This document shows, in pieces, positions 52,801 to 61,609 of a DNA stretch of 61,609 nucleotides; positions within the stretch are counted from its first letter, which is position 1; each line of letters opens with the position of its first letter. The notes under the pieces are model-generated. The model was not told the DNA's origin and made no database searches. It was given only the letters and a program-made list of their open reading frames with translations. Source of the stretch: Octopus bimaculoides (taxonomy: Eukaryota); the NCBI RefSeq assembly GCF_001194135.2, contig NC_068987.1, positions 15,763,575-15,825,183 of the forward strand. Direction: 5' to 3'. Made by a program: the position numbers and the translations under genes.

Positions 52801-53911
52801 GAACATATTTCAATGCTATTAATTGTGAATGTGAAGTGAAATGGAAAATCACTTTAACTGTGATTGAAACTTTGTTGTTATCCTAGCTTACCATTTGTAT
52901 ACATCTTGTTCTGTAGTGCTCACTTCACATCTTGTTGACAAATTAATCTAAACTTGGGCTGTGGAGAGTAAAACTGAATGCCACATAATGATAGACAGAT
53001 GAGTGAAAGATCTTTATAGGGCAGGTGACAGAGTTGTTGAAAGGAGGAGAAACTGTCAAAGAGATCAACTATGCAAGTGTGTGTGTGTGTGTTGGTGAGC
53101 AAGTTAGTGTGTGTTGACATCATATATAATTTTTCTTTTATTTTATGAACGGTTAAAAAGTTTTCAAGGTTCCATGAACTGGAAGTTGTTTTAGGCAAAA
53201 GAGCTTGTATTTGAGTACATTTGTCAAAACATTTCATGGTAACTGGAGTCATGGTACACATAAACAAGAAAACAGACAGTGAATCTTGGTATTATATAGA
53301 TAAAATATTATTTGTTGAACAAGAATAACCAAGTAGACAAGGTATTAGAACTACTCAACCAATGAACCAAGAGTTCAAATACTGCAAAAAACATTACATA
53401 CAGTTCCTCTCGATAAAACACTTGATTCTAGTTACTTGGTTCAACTTAGTTGGAGAACAAAGACAAAAACCATCTGATAAGGAATTCACAATTACATGAT
53501 GGTGGTAACTAGTAGAATATTTATTTTATCTGCTAAATGCAACAGGAATCAGAGTAAAGTACCTGTCCTATGCTTGCAGCTACCAATATATATGCTTTAG
53601 TTTCATCTCTTCTCCTCCTATAATCCCATTATGTTTATTTTTCAATTCTCAGAATGCATACTTTTGTCTGATACTTCTTGTTCAAAGGAAACTTTCTTTT
53701 TATATTCCTGAACAGCAACTCTTCAAACTAAATATTGGTTTCAAATTTTGGCACTAAGCCAGAAATTTGAGGTGGGGTAAATTGGTTAAATTGACACCAG
53801 TGCTCAACTGGTACTCATTTTATTGACCCCAAAAGGATGAAAGGCAAGGCTGACATCGGTGGAATTTCAAGCTAACTAAATATTGATAGCATTAATCAGC
53901 TATTAACTAAA

Positions 53912-53980
53912 TAGGTAGGTAGGTAGGTAGGTAAGTAGGTAGGTAGGTAAGTAGGTAGGTAGGTAGGTAGGTAGGTAGGT
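53912..53980 (+). repeat. (TAGG)n microsatellite
   Basis: Read directly. Confidence 0.95.
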
Positions 53981-54759
53981 GTGTATGTATGTATGCATCT
54001 ATATGCTTATATATGCTTAATACATTTCTAGAATCTCTTGGGGCAAGTGAGCTGAGAAAGTAGCCCAGCAATAAAGCACTGCCCAGTGCTTATAGAGGAG
54101 GTAACTACACTAATTTGAGCATGTGATGTGAATGGATGATGACTCTATGAATTACCATAAGAAATTACACTGCTTTCAATTAGAAGTGTTGTTAGGAAGG
54201 TCTAGAAGGAAGCTGGTACACAAGACATTGATGACATAACACAGAATTTCAGCACAAATTTTTTTATCAGTGCCTATAGCAACAATATGTCCTCAAATCA
54301 TTCTTTTATTCACTTCTCTAATTTATCAGCAACTTTGTCAAGTTAATCTTTTTAAGTTTTATTAGAGTTTGGACCTATTAAGGTGACAGACGACAATCAC
54401 TATTCACCAGAGCAGCAAACTTCAGCCACAAACAACAACAACAAATAATTGATAGCAAACATACAAATACGAATTGACAATTTATACTCGACATGCTTGT
54501 CTNNNNNNNNNNGCAAACATACAAATACGAATTGACAATTTATACTCGACATGCTTGTCTATTGAAATCAAATTTACTATTTTGGTGGAATTATTTTAAT
54601 GGCAGGTCAGTAATGTACCCTGTTTAATTAACAAAGCTTTCTTGATGTTGTCATAAGTATCGTTTGGTTATTGTCATGATGTTTTCATAAACATATACAT
54701 GTATGTATGTGTGTGTGTATGTGTGTTCTTATACATATATATATATATATATATGAACT

Positions 54760-54926
54760 CTACTGGTTATTTTCATTCTCTCGCTTTATTTTCTTTTATT
54801 CCTTTCTGTTGAAGAGCGTAGGCTTGAAATGTAAAAGACTTTTTCGTTTTTCCTGAATGTCAAACTAAAACACTTATTTGTTGTTCATACACCTGTCTTT
54901 CATCTTTTGTTTTTCTATAAATTTCA
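54760..54926 (+). mobile_element. Short repeat carrying a hammerhead-like motif (copy 2)
   Basis: CTGTTGA-A-GAGC-GTAG-GCTT-GAAA-TGTA at 54806-54833; homologous to 30560-30745. Confidence 0.5.
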
Positions 54927-55299
54927 NNNNNNNNNNNNNNNNNNNNNNNNNNNNNNNNNNNNNNNNNNNNNNNNNNNNNNNNNNNNNNNNNNNNNNNNNN
55001 NNNNNNNNNNNNNNNNNNNNNNNNNNNNNNNNNNNNNNNNNNNNNNNNNNNNNNNNNNNNNNNNNNNNNNNNNNNNNNNNNNNNNNNNNNNNNNNNNNNN
55101 NNNNNNNNNNNNNNNNNNNNNNNNNNNNNNNNNNNNNNNNNNNNNNNNNNNNNNNNNNNNNNNNNNNNNNNNNNNNNNNNNNNNNNNNNNNNNNNNNNNG
55201 GTTATGAGCGGTAGTGGTGTCAGTGAGACCCAAAGGTGTCAGGTAATGCTGAGTAAGTGCTATGGATAGACCACAGATAAGCTCCAGGTTCGGCGATTT

Positions 55300-55730
55300 T
55301 TTTTTCCTCTTTCTTTATTCCTCTCTTCCTGTTTTCAATTTGACCTTACAAATACACTCCCTACTTTTAGGTCACTTTAAATAAAACCCTTGATTCAATA
55401 ACACTGTGTATAAACTCTATACTTGGAATGACCAATTTTAAAGGCTATTGGATTTTACTCATAACGTATTGGAATCTTATATGTATCCATTCCGCCTAAA
55501 TAATCGATCTACAAATACAATATCCCTGCATATCTCACATCTATTTTCGTTCCTCAACTTCACTCTCTGTTTCGTATCTTATCTAAATTAACTATTGCTT
55601 AACCATCTTCTCACACCATCTCCGATGAAGGGATATAATAAATATCCTGGAAACAGCTGTCAGACCTTCTATTCATAAATGTTCTAAAATCTACACAACC
55701 TTGGTTTTTTTTATCTCATTACGAAAAGTC
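55300..55730 (+). mobile_element. Probable Penelope-like element terminal fragment
   Basis: Pyrimidine-rich leader plus degenerate hammerhead; boundaries approximate. Confidence 0.35.
55619..55664 (+). ncRNA. Degenerate Penelope-type hammerhead motif
   Basis: CCGATGA (U4 to C), A, stem II GGGATAT/ATATCCT, extra G, GAAA, ACAGCTGT palindrome, GTC triplet, TCT/AGA stem I. Confidence 0.5.
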
Positions 55731-56429
55731 GGCCCGAGGCTATAGTAGAAGACATTTGCCCAAATTGCCATGCAGTGGAACTGAACTCAGAACCATGTCA
55801 TCATACAAGCTAGGTTGTTTGTCTCCAGCCTTCCTTGAAAAACATGTCTAGTTATGAGAAAATATTACCTTGCCTGGAAGCAGGTGGGAGAAGGTGACAG
55901 GAAGAGCATCCAACCATAAAAAATCTGCCTCAAAAAGTTCCATTTGACTCATGGGAGCATGGAAAAGGGATGTTAAATGATAACGAGTGTATGTGTATGT
56001 GTGTGTGTGAGAGAGAGAAAGAGATAGAAATGAGTAACATACACACTCACATGCAGTCACAATGCTAAATATATATATATGTATCTATCTTTTTTCTTCA
56101 GAAACATAATGGCACTCTAGGGCCACAATAAAATATTCCTTACGTTTTTTTTATACAAGAAACAAATGGAACTTGAAAGTTTTGAGCGTAATGGATCATT
56201 CCAAGAATCTTTCCGAGGTATGTTCTTATAACCATTTTTAGCATTTCAATAAATTCAAATCCACCATTAGCACACCATCACATATAGAGTACATGCTCAC
56301 ATCTTAGTATATCTTCCAGTTTTTTATGCTTGAGTTTGAATCCCACTGAGGTCAACTTTACTTTCCATCTTTTTGAAGTCAATAGAATAAAATACCATTT
56401 AAGTACTAGGGTTGATATAAGTGCCTGCC

Positions 56430-56525
56430 CACTACTACTGCCACCGTCACCACCACCACTGTCACCGCCGCTGCCACTGCCGCTGCCACCACCACTGACA
56501 CCATCACCATGTCCAACATCACTAC
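56430..56525 (+). repeat. Degenerate (CCA/CCG)n trinucleotide tract
   Basis: Read directly. Confidence 0.85.
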
Positions 56526-57039
56526 TACCCTTAAAATTGCTGGCCTTGTGCCTAAATCAGAAATCAGTTTATCGTAGGATATGAAGTTTGGAATCTTAGA
56601 ATGTAAGTCTACAGAAAAATCTACATGCTGATCAATAACATGAATAAATATGCCTCACCCAGCCTCCACACCCTAAGACAGTAATAAACTTTTTATAGGT
56701 TTTCTTGATGCATCCAGAAATGGCAGCCTAATTTATCTCAAAGATCGACAGGACAGAAGTAGAATAGATAATATTTAGCCCAGGTATTCATCACCATCAA
56801 GTAGATTTTAACATCTACTTTTCCACGCTTACATGAGTTTGACAGAGTCTAACTAAGGTAGATCTTTTTACAGCTGGACGTTAATTTTGTTGCCAACCCT
56901 CAACTGTTTCCAAGCAATGTAATATTTCTCCAATGACCAGACATGTCCTCATAGTAAGAAGTAAATGAATGATACTGTTTGTATAACACTGACAATCGTT
57001 TACAACTATCATGTGATGTCAAGGCAACATAACACAAAC

Positions 57040-57049
57040 ACACACACAT

Positions 57050-57132
<83 letters not shown>
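57040..57132 (+). repeat. (CA)n microsatellite
   Basis: Read directly; one of many (CA)n, (TA)n, (CT)n, (CAT)n and (TTA)n tracts in the window. Confidence 0.95.
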
Positions 57133-57134
<2 letters not shown>

Positions 57135-57365
57135 GGCGGTGAGCTGGCAGAAACGTTAGCACGCCAGGTGAAATGCTTAGCGGTATTTCGTCTGCCGCTA
57201 CGTTCTGAGTTCAAATTCCACTGAGGTCTACTTTGCCTTTCATCCTTTCGGGGTCGATTAAATAAGTACCAGTTACGCACTGGGGTCGATACAATCGACT
57301 TAATCCATTTGTCTGTCCTTGTTTGTCCCCTCTGTGTGTAGCCCCTTGTGGGTAGTAAAGAAATA
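57135..57365 (+). mobile_element. SINE family B copy
   Basis: Closely similar to 5131-5352; other copies near 3820-4020, 10510-10730, 18460-18650, 24230-24440 and 40570-40790. Confidence 0.85.
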
Positions 57366-57979
57366 ACACACACACACACACACTCATACAACAGGCTTCT
57401 TTCAGTTTCTGTATATGAAATTCACTCACAAGGCTTTGGTTGGCCCAGAGCTATAATAGTAGAGGTGCCACAAAGTGGGACTTATTTTGGAACCATGTGG
57501 CTAGGAAGTAAACCTCGTTGTCACAAATTCAATATTGCAGGATATTAACTTTACATTTCCTCACCATGGGTCAGTGAAATCAGTGTTAGTAACAAAATGA
57601 AATTGATTTAAGTGTTTATACTTTACTCCACCACATCCCACCTCTTAAAAAATCTGGACATATGGCGAGCGAAGAGAGAAATCAATGAATATTTATGATT
57701 TCTCTCTTTGTCCTACACACACTGTCTACTTCCTTCCCCCACCTCTCACTTTTACACTTTTTTACTTTTTGTTTGTTTTTCTTTTCACTAGGACCTGAAC
57801 CGAATTTAGCCAAGGAGTTACACGATGACATGCCAGTATTCATAATAAGAAGTAAGTTAAAAGGGATATTTTATACATGAAAATGATATGTACATGTATA
57901 TTTATATATGTATATCTATCTATCTATTAAATTATCTATCAATAATATCTAATTATCTCTGTCTCTCTATCTCTCTGTC

Positions 57980-58036
<57 letters not shown>

Positions 58037-58396
58037 NNNNNNNNNNNNNNNNNNNNNNNNNNNNNNNNNNNNNNNNNNNNNNNNNNNNNNNNNNNNNNNN
58101 NNNNNNNNNNNNNNNNNNNNNNNNNNNNNNNNNNNNNNNNNNNNNNNNNNNNNNNNNNNNNNNNNNNNNNNNNNNNNNNNNNNNNNNNNNNNNNNNNNNN
58201 NNNNNNNNNNNNNNNNNNNNNNNNNNNNNNNNNNNNNNNNNNNNNNNNNNNNNNNNNNNNNNNNNNNNNNNNNNNNNNNNNNNNNNNNNNNNNNNNNNNN
58301 NNNNNNNNNNNNNNNNNNNNNNNNNNNNNNNNNNNNNNNNNNNNNNNNNNNNNNNNNNNNNNNNNNNNNNNNNNNNNNNNNNNNNNNNNNNNNNNN

Positions 58397-58444
58397 AGTC
58401 CCAAAATTAGGACGAAAGCTGCCGTGAATTAGCTCCAAGAAGCC
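58397..58444 (+). ncRNA. Type I hammerhead ribozyme, 5' core truncated by an assembly gap
   Basis: A-GTCC-CAAAATTA-GGAC-GAAA-GCT-GCCGTGAATT-AGCT-C: stem II 58398-58401/58410-58413, GAAA 58414-58417, 4-bp stem III, CTC cleavage triplet ending at 58435; CTGANG expected in the gap. Confidence 0.65.
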
Positions 58445-58620
58445 ATCGCCTCTAGCTAGCTATGTGACACACGAAACCTGTGTCCTTTATAACCTTCGAA
58501 CAGGGGAGGTCAGCAGTGTCCCCCTGCTGGTTTGGCATCTGCAGACTAGACTAGTTTCAGGGTGTTGCCCCTTGTCAATGCAGAGTAGCCAAGCCTTATA
58601 TATATCTTATATATATATAA

Positions 58621-58773
58621 TGTTAATTACATATGTCAATGTATATGCTTTGTGTATTTCCTGGCAGCTGCAATGGCACAACAGAGTATATACATGAGAG
58701 TTGTAAACTCTGCTGTGCCATTGCAGCCGCCAGAAAATACACAAAGCATATACATTAATATATGTATTTAACA
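58621..58773. repeat. Long inverted repeat (hairpin), 50-bp core arms
   Basis: 58638-58687 pairs with 58707-58756 (3 mismatches), 19-nt loop, imperfect 17-bp outer extension. Confidence 0.95.
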
Positions 58774-58809
58774 ATATACATCCATATGTATATTGTTATA
58801 TATATATAT

Positions 58810-58853
58810 ATTTATATAAGGGCATTACTATACATGAATGCCCTTATATAAAT
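58810..58853. repeat. Perfect 17-bp hairpin
   Basis: ATTTATATAAGGGCATT / AATGCCCTTATATAAAT with loop ACTATACATG. Confidence 0.95.
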
Positions 58854-59368
58854 AAATATATTTTAGGGAATAAATGATGGATTTTTTCCCTTATGAGGTT
58901 TTTTTCATGCTAGTCACTTGATAAATTCTTATAAAAGACTTTATCCTATTATTGAATTATATATATATATATATATANNNNNNNNNNNNNNNNNNNNNNN
59001 NNNNNNNNNNNNNNNNNNNNNNNNNNNNNNNNNNNNNNNNNNNNNNNNNNNNNNNNNNNNNNNNNNNNNNNNNNNNNNNNNNNNNNNNNNNNNNNNNNNN
59101 NNNNNNNNNNNNNNNNNNNNNNNNNNNNNNNNNNNNNNNNNNNNNNNNNNNNNNNNNNNNNNNNNNNNNNNNNNNNNNNNNNNNNNNNNNNNNNNNNNNN
59201 NNNNNNNNNNNNNNNNNNNNNNNNNNNNNNNNNNNNNNNNNNNNNNNNNNNNNNNNNNNNNNNNNNNNNNNNNNNNNNNNNNNNNNNNNNNNNNNNNNNN
59301 NNNNNNNNNNNNNNNNNNNNNNNNNNNNNNNNNNNNNNNNNNNNNNNNNNNNNNNNNNNNNNNNNNNN

Positions 59369-59712
59369 AGATGTACCATCCTGAGCGTGACCGTTGCCAG
59401 TACCGCCTGACTGGCCTTGTAGGGTTTTCGAGCGAGATCATTGCCAGTGCCCCTGGACTGGCTCTTGTGCGGGTGGCACATAAAAGACACCATTTCGAGC
59501 GTGGCCGTTTTCGTGCGGGTGACACGTAAAAGCACCCACTACACTCTCTGAGTGGTTGGCGTTAGGAAGGGCATCCAGCTGTAGAAACTCTGCCAAATTA
59601 GATTGGAGCCTGGTGTAGCCATCCGGTTGCACCAGTCCTCAGTCAAATCGTCCAACCCATGCTAGCATGGAAAGCGGACGTTAAACGATGATGATGATGA
59701 TGATGATGATGA
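59369..59712 (+). mobile_element. RTE 3' UTR copy with a long (GAT)n tail
   Basis: Same family; older copies near 7105-7280, 26045-26300, 33690-33860, 36090-36330, 42660-42850, 48700-48805 and 49650-49785. Confidence 0.85.
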
Positions 59713-61551
59713 TATATATATATATACACACGCACACACACTCACACACACATGCACACACACACACATACACACACAATGTATACATAAATATACTTAA
59801 GAATATGTATTTTTTAGGTATAGTAAGTGTCCATATATATATATATATATATTTACACACAGGTACATGTGTATGTGTGTGAGGGTGCATGTACAGGTAT
59901 ACATAAGAACATGTACATAACAGTTGTCGTCTATTTAGTAATGTTGCTGAACAAAAGGAAAACTGGTTTGTGAAAGAAAGAGCAAGTTCTTCAAAGAATT
60001 TCAGATTTTAGAAATAAATTTTTGCCATTATTCTAATTATTCCTTTGCTAATAAATCGCAACCTCAAACAAGGTAACTTTGATTAAAAACCTAATCCTGT
60101 TTACTCTGCATTGACTATATAAATCCAAACTTTCAATCTGATTTATTGGAGTTATTTCCCTTGTTTGTTGCATTTAAATTTTAAAGAGCGGATAAGAAGA
60201 GATATTTTTTTGTATTAATTGCCTGAATTATCAAGTTAATTGGAGTGTTTCAACTTATAAATTACATATGTGAGACCCTACTGTTATTTGTATTTTATAG
60301 GCAGAATCCTATCTGAGGTATTTTCCCCCAGTTTTATTGTGGTTCTGTTCACATAACACAATATAATACCAAGTCATGTGCAGAATCTTTGAAAACTTCT
60401 GATTATTCTCCCAATTCCAGGGTTGCAGATAGATAGAACTGTAAAAGGATTGGCTAGGATGCCTCGTGGTATTTGTTGCAGCTCTTTGCATTCTGAGTTC
60501 AAATCCTGCCACAGTCTAGTTGAGTGGTAGACTTAACATGTTGCCTGATTAAACACCACCACCTGGCACCCTGGGGTCCTTTAATGCTGTTCCCTCTCTT
60601 GCTAACATTCAGGCTGAGTACCCAATTTTAGGATACTTCCCTCTCTTCCTCCCAACAGTCTCAGAAGCCCTGTATAGGTTTAGGGGCACTGCCTTCTCTC
60701 CTGACAAAAAGATTTTTTTAAAGTTACATGTCAGTGGATCTCAAAGTACATACAGCTATAAATACCAGCATGTAAATATTGTATTGAAAAATCCCTTTTG
60801 GATACAAAAAAAGATCATAGGCTACCCATGGGACACAAACCCACATCTCTTGTAGACATGAGAGATATTCTTTTCTTGGGCCAAAAGAATCCTTTGACTC
60901 TCTCATATTCATTTTAGAAACTTGATTCTTATCAGTGAGAATCACTTGTTGACACCATTAGAATTTTTTATAAACTTTCAAGAGAACAAGAAATAAACTT
61001 TTTGTTTTGGAACAGTGGATTACAAAGCAGATAAAGCTATGAATAGTAGCATGTAGATAGAAATTGCTTCAAAATCCACCGTTCCCCAAAAATTATTTGG
61101 ATGTTCTCTCAAAAGTTCATAAAAAATTCTTATGAGGTCAGTTACATATCAGTATTTTATTTATTTTTGTTTTAAACATCAAACCTATATTCAATTTGTG
61201 AATTTTTTCTTTAAAATATTTTTCCTTTTTTTTTTCTAATTTTTGTAATTTTATTTGATTTTTCTTCTTTGTATTTACTGGAATGGCAAAACTAATCATT
61301 AAATACACAGAGCAATACAACCAGCTGCCACATTTTAAATAAAATTGAAACTACCAATAACTACGATGACATTCCAAATCTAAATTGATACGTCTCTGTA
61401 CTTATGTGACATAAACACACAGGTTTATATACAGCCATGTGCAAGCATGGGTATATAACTATGGTTACGAAGTTTCTTTTCCAACCATGTGTCTTCTACT
61501 TAAGCTTTGTGAGTGGAATTGGTAGACAGAAAATAAAAGAAGCTACCTGTC

Positions 61552-61609
<58 letters not shown>

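Larger units (their letters stand above)
11054..59368. other. Twelve assembly gaps
   Basis: N-runs at 11054-11796, 13562-14280, 15049-15663, 17093-17651, 19458-19525, 28280-28852, 38498-38555, 48500-48620, 54503-54512, 54927-55199, 58037-58396 and 58978-59368; most abut microsatellites or repeats. Confidence 0.98.

Noticed and set aside
52860-53720. Possible coding or transposase remnant upstream of xylA
   Set aside because: No recognisable motif or consistent splice pattern; left unassigned.
54455-54560. 48-bp perfect direct repeat
   Set aside because: Identical copies sit on either side of a 10-N gap, typical of an unmerged contig overlap.
10761-59535. Long ORF-track entries (150-400 aa)
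   Set aside because: Almost all consist of X from N-gaps or translate (TA)n, (CA)n or purine tracts; the rest are repeat-derived.

Overview
AT-rich, repeat-dense animal genomic DNA with 12 N-gaps. The SINE, LINE and microsatellite landscape suggests an octopus (coleoid cephalopod); this is an inference. Two spliced protein-coding genes were reconstructed by hand, both on the minus strand; the ORF track shows only scraps of them. (1) A complete 15-exon class II xylose isomerase gene (CDS 51866 to 25881, 1392 nt, 463 aa, all introns GT-AG, all catalytic and metal-binding residues intact). (2) The first four coding exons of the peroxisomal ABC half-transporter ABCD3/PMP70 (ATG at 16632, running off the left edge). 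The rest is intronic or intergenic DNA with three tRNA-derived SINE families, RTE, BovB-like, HERO and R4/Dong LINE fragments, a degenerate ISL2EU-type DNA transposon (THAP and SAP ORFs), and pogo-, piggyBac- and hAT-like MITEs. The most unusual non-coding signal is five hammerhead-ribozyme-like motifs from four sequence families, all on the + strand. One has a complete catalytic core with a roughly 105-nt extended stem II (47272-47410). Another resembles the Schistosoma SM-alpha ribozyme, is cut by a gap at 58397, and lies next to two hairpins that share a loop motif.
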